A stretch of 63,988 nt of DNA, the filler included, from Hausera hauseri (Eukaryota), in NCBI GenBank assembly GCA_046269625.1. It is 11 parts of 11 records of this genome, joined end to end, with 100 filler letters (N's around TTAATTAATTAA, not from the genome) between each part and the next. Parts side by side here need not be neighbours in the genome. Positions count along the whole stretch, not along the records: positions 35,173 to 39,232 come from JBJURY010786868.1; positions 39,333 to 47,195 come from JBJURY010900203.1; positions 47,296 to 59,893 come from JBJURY010025563.1; 8 more parts are not named here. One strand, written 5' to 3'. The notes beneath the pieces were generated by a model. It worked only from the letters and a program-made list of their open reading frames with translations, searched no databases and had not been told where the DNA came from. Below, piece by piece: positions 35,572-47,638 of the stretch. A program made the position numbers and the translations under genes. How positions within the stretch are numbered: the first letter of the stretch is position 1; each line of letters begins with the position of its first letter.

Positions 35572-38500
35572 GTGCAACAGCAGGATCAGCAGAAGCAGCA
35601 ACAGCAAGAGGAACAGATACAACAGGAACCCGACATTAATGTCAAATACGATCTAAACAGATATTACGTGGACATAAAAGCCACCATGTCGGTGGCAAAA
35701 ACAACAACGCAATTGAGACATGTTCCGCAAAATGTGCGCAACCAGTTGGAATCTGAAGTGGAGAAATTCCAACACCACCACTACCAACACCACAGCAAAG
35801 TGCAATTGAAGGTGACAGGAAACAATGGTACCTGTCACATCGAGCTGTACCTTATGTCAATAATTTTTTTGTCGACATCGGCGAAGAGCTCTATGAGAAA
35901 ATCGCCAGCTACACGGAAAAGTGTAGTGGATGACGAATTCTACGAATTGTCACCTTAGGCTTATCATAACAAAGTCAAGTGACATAATATATTTGTCCGG
36001 ACGATCATGCATACTGACACTTGCAGCTCTAAAGCAGTTTCTGGCGGTAGTGAATCTAAAAAATACTAACGATGAATATTGTTTTGTTTACCGTATTTTG
36101 GCGGTATTGAAATATGACGAAGTGGAGAGACATAATGCATCTCGTCCAAAACGATATCGGAAATATTTTTCCGAATTGGATTTCGATGAATGCTGGATGC
36201 CGATGAAACTGAAATTCATTCCGGCTTTTGAACGGCGTAATCCGACACTGGCAATCAATGTGTACCGGTACAACACAACTGTAGAAATACCGGCGGATAA
36301 ATAAATTTATAAAAATCCACACGTGGATATAATCTATCGAAATCGGAACCTAAATGGCCGCTCGGTAAATTTGTTGCTACTGGAACAAAAAGAAAAGTAC
36401 CATTACGTTGCAGTGACAAATCTGGACAGAGTACTAAATATGGAGCATGACCATTTCCTCCAAAAACGGAAACAGTATAAACGGTGTCTTGTATATCTTC
36501 ATGGATTGAGGTCGGAAACAACATAGGAGAAACATGTGACTCTGTGCAGACAAAATTTTTCAGGAACCACAATGTATGTCATGCCCGTCAAACAAGAACT
36601 CAGGTTAACTGACTGGTCAAAAACAGACAGTCCGGCATATGTAGTATATGCCGATATCGAAGCTACCTTACCACAGCACAACATATATGACCAAAAACAT
36701 GTTCCAATCGCCATCGGTATGTTGGTTGTCCCAATAAAAGCTCCAGGCCGTCAACCTCAGTATTGTGTTTTCCACGGATGGAATTGTGTACGCGATTTCT
36801 TGCAGCAGTTGCAAACCACAGTGGAAACTGAAATCGCACCCTGGTACAGTAGAAATAGCAAAAAACCCTTGATGTGGACAGATGAGGATAAACGCCTGAC
36901 GTTTACAATCACAGATGAATGTTACCTGTGTCACAGAATATTACCGTTTGATGCACAGAAATTGTTCATACCAGATCACGATCATTTTATCGGTCTATAT
37001 CTCGGAGCAGCATGTAATTCATGCAATGTGGCAAGGCGTGTGCGGCCATTCCTGTCGGTGGTATTTCATAACTTCAGGGGTTATGATTATCACCATATTT
37101 TGAAATTAGCAATAAACGGATTTCCGCACTGGGAACTATCCATAATTCCGACTACGATGGAGAAATACCTGTCACTGTCTGCTCATATAAACCGGTTCCA
37201 TGTACGCTTTCTTGATTCATTGCAATTTCTCAATGAATCATTGACAAAGCGGGTAAATGCCTTGCCAGATGTGCCGATAGCACTGACGTAGTTCCCCGCA
37301 CATATTGCACGCAGTAAAGGCATATTTTCACATGACTTTGCAGCATCGTATGAGCAACTGCGGACAGCAGATGATTTACCTCCGCGATGGACAGGTATCG
37401 CAGAAGATGAATACCGGAAAACATAGAGGAGTTGGACAGAACTCAGCTGTAGAAACATGTTGGATTACATGCTTCAGTACCTTAAACTGGACGTGTACTT
37501 ATGAGCTGATGTATTCCAGGAATTTCGGGCGAAAGCGTTGGCTGAATGTAGGCTGGAGCCACTTAACTTTTATTCCATACCGGGAATGAGTTAGGCGTCA
37601 GCTTTAATTTCACTGGATCGAGACATTAAGCTGCTGCAAGAACCGGAAATGTACCGGCTGTTTTATGTTGGTATTCGCGGCGGCGTGACATTTGTCAACA
37701 AGCATCAGGTCCGTGTTACCGATACCACATCACTGTTGTATATTTATATTAATAACCTGTATGGCTGGGCGCTTTCGCAACCCTTACCGTACGGTTCATT
37801 CAAATGGGTTGTCGACAGACAAGATCTGGACGACATAATGGTCAACCTACCACGAGCAGACATGGCAGGCATAGTCGGATACCTGATGGAGGTCGATGGC
37901 GTTGTACTAGATGAGCTGCACGACGTTTTTGACGATTTACCGGTCGCACCATTTAACCAATGTCCGCCAGGCTCAAAAGTGAAAAAACTGCTAATGACAC
38001 ATGAACCAAAGCTGAATTACCTGGTCTGTTGGCGTCTCCTACAGTTCTACATGCAGCTTGGTGTACGTGTCACACAGCTGCATCGTGCAATCACGTTCAT
38101 GAGTAAGGCGCAGTTTCGGCGGTCAATGCACATTGCCGATGGATTAGTTGCGGTGCTGTTAAACCGGGAAGAAGTCGTTCTGGACCGACCAAGTTACATG
38201 GGACAAGTGTTATTGGACCTGAACAAGTTGCAGATGTATGAGCTACAATATCCCGATTTGGCACGTTACCGGCAAATGTTTGACGGCTGTGACATAAGTA
38301 TAATTGCCGGTGACACAGACAGTTTTTTCCAGGAAGTTTTTTGTCAATCGCAAACAGCTACTGCAGCAAATGCAGTCAGATGGATTACTGGAACACGTCT
38401 AACTATCCACTGTATCATCTGTTGCACAGCAGCGCGATCACCAACAAAATCGGCTGCTTCAAGGATGAAAGTGAAAGTCGTGTCCAGTATCGGTAATAGA

Positions 38501-38787
38501 TATTCCTACGCTCAAATTGCTACAGTCTTCTGACGGACTGTGGATCGAAACTGCGGGCAAAAGGAGTCCAGCTGAGACAGACGGAAATCGACCACGGTGA
38601 TTATCGCCGTATCTATAAAGAAGGAGGAGAATCAAAGGCTGTTGTATTACAAACGATCATCCGATCGATTGAGCACCAGCTGTATACGGTGACCAACACA
38701 AAAGTCGCTTTATCACGCAATGATGATAAGCGTAAGTGGGTGGGGCGAAATTAGAGTTGGGCGTACGGACATTGGCGTTTGGAATAA
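35572..38787 (+). pseudogene. Polinton/adintovirus protein-primed DNA polymerase B, near full length, frameshifted
   Basis: NLKNTNDEYCF, YADIEA (ExoI), endonuclease VII-like C..C...DHDH..G.YLGAACNSCN, FHNFRGYD (ExoII), RFLDSLQF, YLKLDV, NNLYGWALSQPLP (motif A), AGDTDSF (motif C), DDKR...AYGHW. Confidence 0.92.
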
Positions 38788-39155
38788 AACACGCACACCA
38801 ATGCAGAATTTGGTGCAGATAGACAGATCAAATTACTGTGACAATTCATTGTGATCTGTTTGTTTTGTATAAATAATGTATATTGTTTGTTGTTTTTGCC
38901 TTTTGTTTTATTATCCTTTAATTGATCTATATACATTTATCTATTTAACTTAACTTGAGGAGAAACAATATAAAAAACAAACAAACAAAACCAATAAGAT
39001 TTATTAATCATCATAAGTTAAAATCAAAAACAAAGTAAATCAAATGAGCGTAAACTTTCCCAGCTTCCACATTGGTGATTTAGCGCCGTGCAGATACGTG
39101 TATCCTTTCAACTTCAATGTTAGATGACCTTTAGCTCCTTCTGGTGGCAAAATTT

Positions 39156-39157
<2 letters not shown>

Positions 39158-39232
<75 letters not shown>
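39158..39232. repeat. (GCT)n microsatellite, 25 units visible, cut by gap
   Basis: Pure trinucleotide run. On the minus strand it reads as poly-Ala leading into a short open frame that ends near 39040. Confidence 0.95.
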
Positions 39233-39539
39233 NNNNNNNNNNNNNNNNNNNNNNNNNNNNNNNNNNNNNNNNNNNNTTAATTAATTAANNNNNNNNNNNN
39301 NNNNNNNNNNNNNNNNNNNNNNNNNNNNNNNNAACATTTCACTCAATTCAATCAGTAAATGAACCTTATTTTCCTCCTCTTATGAATTTCCTCACTTTAT
39401 ATTGGCTGCATGAATTCCTCCTCACAATGGGAAATCGTTATATTTACATTTGTACGTTTATATAACCATTTGTTGATATAAAAGCAACACCAAAGACTCT
39501 TTAACACAGAAAATGAAAATCGATTAACGATGGTCATTT

Positions 39540-39800
39540 AAAAAGTCGAAAAAAATTTTAATAAAGCAAGAAACAGTTATCATATGAAAAGTGTAATAAA
39601 TCCATATGGTTCGATTGAAGCGGATGTGGAAAAAATTTAAGAATTTCGAGTAATCCAAAAGGTTCAGCTTCGCAGATGAAAAGACCTTTGATATAGATCA
39701 AAATGTAATAGAGAAAGAAGGAACGTTGTCTCTATTTAAATTTTACTGAAGTCGAAAAGTTCCATCGTATGAAATAGATTTTGAAGTTTTGTGCAATGAG
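39540..39800 (+). mobile_element. Tc1/mariner transposase remnant
   Basis: FADEKTFDID first catalytic Asp motif at about 39670; otherwise highly decayed. Confidence 0.4.
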
Positions 39801-40299
39801 ATAAATGTACTACCTCACTACTTTTCTCGCAGGTTAATGAATCCGCCCTATTGAATTTCTCAACGCATTTAACTATCATTGGATTATAGAAATATGCATG
39901 GAGAAGCAGCACGTGTTACAGCGAGAATCTTCTGTCTGTAATTTCTCATCAAAGTACTACAATCAATCAATAAAAATGAACACTGAGTTATGGTTATATT
40001 TTACATGTATTTACAAAATAAAAAATAGAAACATAATAGTTAAAAGATAACAGTTTCTTTGTAACTCTACAAATTGTAAGATGTGTCTGAATTCCCATTA
40101 CACACTTGTTGGTTCTGTGTATCGGAAATTAAAATCAAGTGCTAATACTTACTCAGAATGGTCGTTCCACGATTTCGTAAAGTACGGCCCGAAATCATGT
40201 GTCTCATTTAGGCGCTTTATAGGCACCCCATCAAAATGCCAAGTAATTTTGAACTTGGGCATGCATGTGAAATGCTACGTTGTCCATTACCAGTACGAA

Positions 40300-40925
40300 A
40301 TTTGTGGATAATGAATTATTAGACTTCAAATATTAAATCAATTGCCAATTGTCCATCATGTTAAATGCTCCATCTATTAAATGATGAAAAATTGTGCCTT
40401 TTCTTGACAAAATTGCGCACAGATAAATGTTTTGTCTCTTGTTTGAAGGTACATACACATAACTGTTTCTTCTTCTTTCAGTGAATAACCATAATTTGTT
40501 GCTGCATGCAAATTAAAACCGCTTTCATCTACAAAGCGTACATCAGAATCCTTGAATTTCTACAGATCCAAACTGTATTTTAACCGATCTTTAAAAGTTG
40601 GATTTAAATGGAAGCGGCTTCTTTTATGAATTATTTTCCGGATAGTCGGTTACTTTTAAATATCTGGCATATTATGCTTTTTGACATGTTTACATTTTCT
40701 TTTCCCAGTTGTTTCTTGGCTGCAGTTTGCATAAGAGTTATCATTTGTTACTAATTGTTGCATTTTCTTACTAATATCCATATATTCATAAACCTTCCTA
40801 CTTCTCTTGCGTATGTATTTTAATCAGATCTGATTCGGGATATTATTATGGTTATTGTTCGATTCTCTTCGTAGCTTTAAAACCATATTAAACAATTCTT
40901 CTGATACCACTTTTCTTGACATTGA
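40300..40925 (-). mobile_element. IS630/Tc1-like transposase remnant
   Basis: VRFVDESGFNLH at about 40510-40540 within a decayed frame. Confidence 0.5.
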
Positions 40926-42212
40926 ACAATTGTAGATATAGATGTATTATAAATATTGATAACTTATTGAAACTTGTATACCATGTGGTACATTTTATGA
41001 GTACTTGTGTACTATGTGCTACATCGTATTAAACATACATCCTTTAAAATTGTACGTGGGTGAATATGGTACATAAGGATAAGTTGGTTATTCATATCCT
41101 AATATTTGCATAATTAATTTTATAAATTATAACACAAGGGTGCACGTTTATAGTTTATTCATGGATCAAATAACCCTTTGCTAAACATTCATTGCGGAAA
41201 AGGTTATTAAAATATCACATTATATTGTTTGGAATCACATCGGGGAATTGTTTAGAAAACAACAAAAAGGATCACAGACTCGACAATATCAATTACATTG
41301 GTACTGCATGATATAAATGATGTGACAAAATTACTCGCCAAGTATGTCACCGTTTGCTAACAAAAATAAGTCATAAATAGTGGTCAAAAATTAACACGAC
41401 TCATTTCAATATGCGATAATAGTAAATTGCAAAGAGCAATCAAATAACAAATTTAACAGTTCCATTTAATTTTCTCCATAATAGGATAAGATTTCCTTGC
41501 ACATATACATTTTCAGTTTAAAATATATCAATTACTGTTTCAGATACAATAAAAGTATTATTTATAAATTTTGCACAATGAACTAAAAAATTTATACTAA
41601 CAACATAAAAATATCAACGTACAGAAATGATTATTTATTCCGGCATAATGATGACCAACTTCTGAAGAACGAATACCAGGATTATATCCAACCTTCGTTA
41701 ATCAAAAATCATTATTATATGAATTATAAACTAACAAATAAAATATCCAAATTTTTTCTAATATAGTCCGGTAGAATACCATTTTTTGTAGTAAACATTT
41801 GAAACTAATATTTTTTTACAAAAATTTGTTGATAACATTGGACATTTAAAACAATGTAGCTACATCAAAATTTTTCATTGCATATAGTCTTCAATTCCGA
41901 CAAATATTGTGTGAATATTACAGGCTTTATAAAAACAAATATAATTAAATGTTTATTTCATTCAAATTAATGTGATTTGATACAATAAGACCTAAATAAG
42001 TAAGTATAGATTCAACGCATTATCCGAAAAGTATATTATACAAACAAAATAACAATGTTTAACACTCGCCACTTAAGATAGAAGTTATCGAATGGTTTCG
42101 GTAATTTTCCTCTATATTCTTGTATCGAGAGCAGTAGCAGATCCAGGATTGTAGCCAAGGAGAGCAAATTAATTAAATATGTAATATATACATACATACA
42201 TACATATATATA

Positions 42213-42990
42213 TAGTGGTGAGGAAATATAACGCATAATTTAAAAAAAAATTAAAAAATCCATCGAACATGTAATTTGTTGCCAAATTTCCTGCCATATT
42301 TGAGAAAAGCAATTCGTTTATTTTACTGTGTTATTCAAATTATTTTGTCAATTTCTGTGAAATTAAGCAACAATCCGTAGTGGTTTCGGCTGAAAATCGT
42401 GTCAAAATCAGTTTTACATGAATAGGGATATGATCAGTGTGAAATAGCTAAGCGGTTAGGTATTAATCATTCTTCTGTTAGCCGTCTTCTGAAGAAATAC
42501 AAAAATACTTGTAGTATTCGTAATGTGAAATGAACGGGTTGTTCAAAAAAATCAAGTTCCAGAGAGGATAAAATGTTGAAGCGTGCTGTTTAGTTAGATC
42601 CACTTAGTTCTTCTGATAATCTGAAGGCTGAATTTCCTAATTCGAATACCAGTTCCAGATCAATTCGACGTCAGTTGACATCTAACTTGGGTTTACCAGC
42701 TCGCAAGCCTTCTAAGAAGTCTCTCTTATCAACCAAAATATCAAAGGTAGGATTAAATTTTATAAGTACAAAGATTGCGGTGTGCAGCAGTGTAAAAATG
42801 TAATGTTCTGAGATGAAAGTACGTTTTACACTTTAGTTGTTCAAATAAATATGTCAGACGATCATTACATCAAAAAATTTTGTAGTAAAAATCTTAATTA
42901 TCTATAAAGAATATCCTTTCCGTAATGATATGGGGAGCTTTTTATACAATGGGCGAGGTCCATATCAGGAACAATGGTTCTGGAATAATT
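42213..42990 (+). mobile_element. Tc1-like transposon remnant inserted at a TA run
   Basis: SRLLKKY...TG..KKSSSREDKMLKR...IRRQL...GLPARKPSKK..L...VMF*DESTF. Confidence 0.7.
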
Positions 42991-44439
42991 TTACTTTTAA
43001 ACAATAGTAAATTATTACCATGAATGTTTGGGAGCTCCAACTTACTATCGATAGTAGTTACGAGACTCTTGTAATCGTGAAAATAAAACGTACAGGTTGA
43101 TCATTTCGGATGAAACATTCAAAAATGAAGGAGTGCCGGAAATTGTATTAGCGTAGAAAAATGTGGGACTGATACAAGTAAAAAATCAAGTTTTTTTGAA
43201 TATTAAAACAAAAAATAAAAAGGTCGGATGAATCAGACATCATGTACTAATCCTCACGATTCCGTTATTTTTGATGTGGTACGCCGTTTAAAAAATTGTG
43301 AGAATAAGATATTTGCCAAAATTGAGAAAATTTTCTTTTTTTTAGAATGTACAAATTTATTGAAATAATTCGGGTTCGATGATATTGGGTAATTGACATC
43401 AATCTCTGTTACTTCCTATTTTAAATTATTCGTAAAATAATACTAAATCCTAACGGAAACTGTACAAAAATGTATTCAATGAAAATTAATTGTCTTTTGA
43501 TACTTGCTTCTTCACAGACGTTTATTCAGTCATTATATACATCGACTTCCTGACTTAAATAATTTATTCTTGTTTGATAATCTTTAAGAAAAAAAATTTG
43601 CATTTAATGTATTTGGCATTTTTACTACGATTTAATTGAACTGTTCGAGACTAATCATGATATCCACCATATTTGAGATTAAATTCCGAATTGGCAAGTA
43701 ATTCCAACGTAATATTGTTAAGATATGTCTTACATCAGATCGATAATTGGTGATGAGCATTAAGATATTGTCGTAATGAAATCGTGATAATGACACATGT
43801 CAGTCCCTTTCCGTAAAAATCCAGAAATTTTACGGGCCTTAAGATAGCTTTCGTATATTTTGCAAGACTATGCAAAACCTGTGAATTCAGTGAGTATTTT
43901 TCATGCGCTCGAAATGTTTTAGTTGGGCTTGTATTTTCATTCATTACTTCCAACTTCAATCCAGGCTTTTCAACAACGATAAGAAACAAACTGTCAAAAT
44001 AAAAAACAGAATAATTGGTAGCCTGATAAACAACCACATAACAATATTGAATTTATTTGACACTGATATGGACTGTTCGGCTACCAATCAAACACAGGCC
44101 AAAAGGTAAAAGACAGGGCGAAAACAGTACCGGCCTAGCTGCATCAAACGGTGACCCGATTGCCGAAAACGGAGGGTCATGTCCTAGACCGTGGCACTAC
44201 AGGTTCCCTGGCAGGTTTATTTGTTATATCGGCAAATGAACGGTCACCTGCATTTGTACTATTCGGTAATGCATATTAGTAGAATCTTATATTTCTTTTG
44301 GAGAAAATCCCCAATTTAACATATCTTTCATTATGTTAAATTTGTCTTTTGTAATTTTTTCTTTGTTCGTTTTGAAATTGTTAAAATTGTTTCGAATATT
44401 TAAACAAACTTATTATCATTATCCGATTAATTTTTCACA

Positions 44440-45330
44440 ATCAGAGGCGACTCGTTGATCTCGATACCAAACTGAATAAGTTTTTCCTTTGTAATACAGT
44501 CTCTTCCACGGTGGCGGCTCTTACAAATTAATCACAGATTCTCAAGCTGATTTAAATCTGGTGGGTTTCTGGGCCATTCTACGACGTTTTGATCACTTTG
44601 GAAGTGTGGCATGGTGCCAGATCATATTGGAAAATTCCGAATCCATCCGGAAAGCGTTTACAAAGTTCTGGAAGGGTTCTTCGTTGCAAAACCTCAATAT
44701 ATTGCTTACTGCGCATCATTCCGTCTACGGGATGTAAGGAACTCACGCCTTAGTAGGAAAAGCACCCCCAAAACATCTTCTTGTCAGGGTGTTTGACGCT
44801 TTGATTCATGTGACATTCTCGCGGTCTTTCATCAATAGAGGTCCGTACATGTTGACTGCGCTGCCCTTGCACGAAAAAATGGCTCTCATCTCTAAAGATG
44901 ACTTTTCTCCAGTTATCCTGAGTCCATCCCTTATATTTCTGCGCCCATTTGTAACGTTTCTCCTTCATTCCTTTGGTGAGAAGTTGCTTTTTAAGCGGTC
45001 ATTTTGCGCATCTGGCGGCCTCAACGAGTCGCCTTCGGACGGTTTTGGAACTGATTTCAATTCTTCTAGCTTTCAAATGAAGATTCAAAGCATCACTTGT
45101 TTTCCGAGGGTCTTTATTACTCTCGCGCAATAAATATGCGTCATCGCTTGGCGTAGTTTTTCTCTTACGACGACAATTTCCCTTACGATTTGATGAAATC
45201 GAACTTGTTTCCTTCTTTAACTTAAGGACACGGCAAACGGTTGCAACACTAACGCCAACAATTTTTCAAATTCTCTCTGAGATTTTGGCGTATGTTCAGC
45301 CAAAGTAATAATCTGTGTACGTTTCATGGG
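44440..45330 (-). mobile_element. Tc1-like transposase remnant
   Basis: RYKWAQKYKGWTQDNWRKVIFRDESHF...SVKHPDKKMFWGCFS and WPRNPPDLNQLENL. Confidence 0.88.
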
Positions 45331-45640
45331 AGTTGTTGGCGGCGGACGTATCCACGCCGTCCACATCGTCGCCCAGCTTGGGTAGGGTTGGAAAATTCCC
45401 ACCCCTGGTATGTCCGCTAAATCAGAATTTGATCGTTTGTAATTTCTCATTGCAAAGTAACACCAGTTGTTGAAAATTTTTATTGTCTCTCAAAATACTC
45501 ATTTGGAAACAAATTTTCCGACAATTCCAAAATTAAATTAAACTTTTAATATTACATTTTTAATTTAAATTTATAGTCGAATTTTAAAATTTAAAAATGC
45601 TTTTAAATTAATTTTACAATTTCCGTTCTCGATTATATCC

Positions 45641-46371
45641 TCACACTGTGCGTTGTAATGGGTAACGGGCATTTTTTGTTTCTAAGCCCAATCGATGTCT
45701 CATAAGCACAGATGGTTCTATCTTTACTCGACTTACGTATAATCGTGTCTCGGTAATTTTCATTATGGGTTTAAGATTTTCAACTGCAGTTTTCAAACAA
45801 AAGACATTGTCTGTGCGTTTGAGCCACATCATGGCTTTAAAACCTGGCAGTAGGTATTTCGAATGATAGAAAAAGTCAAAGTACAGCGGTCCACACATTG
45901 TAACCACTTTGGTTCTGCCATCCATGCCTGACGGTTTCCTGCAGTGGCGTCATATTAGGTAGTTGTCGTAAAATGAGTCATTTTTGTGTCTGTACTGTAA
46001 TTGAGAGCCGTTTAAATGAGTGCTTTGATACTGTATAGACTGCTGTTGCCTTCAATTTTGACGCTGTTTAGAGTCAGTGAAGCCTCCTGGAACAGTGTGA
46101 GGAAAAGTTAATTTGCCCGTGTAACAGTGTCTGCTGCAGCGAAAATCGTTGATGCACCATTTTTAGCAATGATTTTTACATATAGTAGTGTGTCACTCAA
46201 ATCGAGATATTCATTTTCTGACGCCATAATGTTAAATTGAATGTCAATGTTATCGTCCATTAAAACAGAATCAACGGAGTAGACTTCTTCAAATGCTGCA
46301 TTGTCAATAACAACCTGTGGCGGGGCTTTGTCAAATATACACAAATATACACAAGATTTTGCAGGTGCCAT
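45641..46371 (-). pseudogene. Polinton/adintovirus major capsid protein, N-terminal half
   Basis: IFDKAPPQVVI...IQFNIMASENEYLDLSDTLLYVKI...GPLYFDFF..SKYLLPG...LKR...RLYVSRVKI...ARYP. Confidence 0.8.
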
Positions 46372-46399
46372 TTGCCTGTTTTAAATCAGTCAAAAATCG

Positions 46400-46745
46400 T
46401 ACGACGACGACGTTTGTTTATAGCTGAAAAGCTAGCTGATATACCATGTTTTCTCGAGCCATTACGACAGAATTGTTTTTTGACTGATTAAACGACTCTC
46501 GGTGCAGAGCTCTTTATTTCCGACAAGGCGTGTTCCTTCACAGATGGTAAAATCGATTTCTTTTTATATAGTAGCATTCTGTGTTGTTTTGCTGCGACGG
46601 CTTGAATACGCTTCAACACTGGAAATGCTAAATGTGCCAATGTACGCAACCATTCAGAGCCATACTGTTTACCAACGAAATACAGCAGTTCACCACCTTG
46701 CTGAGGTTTACTGTAAACGGAAACGATTTCAGAATCAATCATGTT
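46400..46745 (-). pseudogene. Polinton small basic core-like protein
   Basis: QQGGELLYFVGKQYGSEWLRTLAHLAFPVLK, located between the minor and major capsid genes. Confidence 0.55.
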
Positions 46746-46749
46746 GATG

Positions 46750-47195
46750 TTGTTGTTGGTTTCGACTGAAATGAGAGTTATAGAGGTTGTGGTACCGTAC
46801 GGAAATTCAATAATGTAGCCAGTGTCACACCTGATATTCATTTCCACACTGTTTATAGACTGTTTATATAGTTGCCACAGGTAAATATATTGAATTATCG
46901 AGCTTGACAGTGACATTATCTTTAGAAGTAAATCGGTTACTTTCCGGACAAACTGAACGTAGTAGTGGTACACGTACTCCACCCACCAGAATCGGTTCGG
47001 TGACATTCGTGTAAATGTACATCTGTTTTAATGCGTTTTTCAGCATTGGTTTAACTGTTGCAACATGTGCCTTTGTGTTCGCCTCAAACCGGTGTTTTTC
47101 AGAACGCAATACCATGGCCAAAGTTTTATCCAACAAAATTTCAACCACGTCCTTATTCAGTTTAAATGTGACGTAGCTATTTGTATCCGACGTGA
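46750..47195 (-). pseudogene. Polinton/adintovirus minor capsid (penton) C-terminal part
   Basis: MYIYTNVTEPILVGGVRVPLLRSV...IYLPV. Confidence 0.75.
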
Positions 47196-47638
47196 NNNNN
47201 NNNNNNNNNNNNNNNNNNNNNNNNNNNNNNNNNNNNNNNTTAATTAATTAANNNNNNNNNNNNNNNNNNNNNNNNNNNNNNNNNNNNNNNNNNNNTAATG
47301 TCAGTTTCCATACATTTCTAATAATTGTCACTCCCTGATGAAAAGACTACTATCCTTATTTGTCATTGGTTCACGCGATACATCTATGCCTCTTACTTTA
47401 ACATGGCTAATGTTTTTTAAATTTTGATACCATATATTCCAACGAATTACACGCAAGAAATTTCTAATTCCACAAAAATAATCCATGTTCTTTTTTACAC
47501 TATTTCTGCAATAAAACAATGAATGAAATAACGAACGCTTTAATATGTGTCTATATGATCTTCACTTGTCAGTCGAAGTGTGCGTCTAATAATAACAAAT
47601 TTTAATTGACTAAACAGTCATGTCGTACAAATCTTGTA

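Noticed and set aside
44148-44250. Short GGTGACC...GGTCACC inverted pair suggesting a hAT-type MITE
   Set aside because: The match is short and no target-site duplication is evident.
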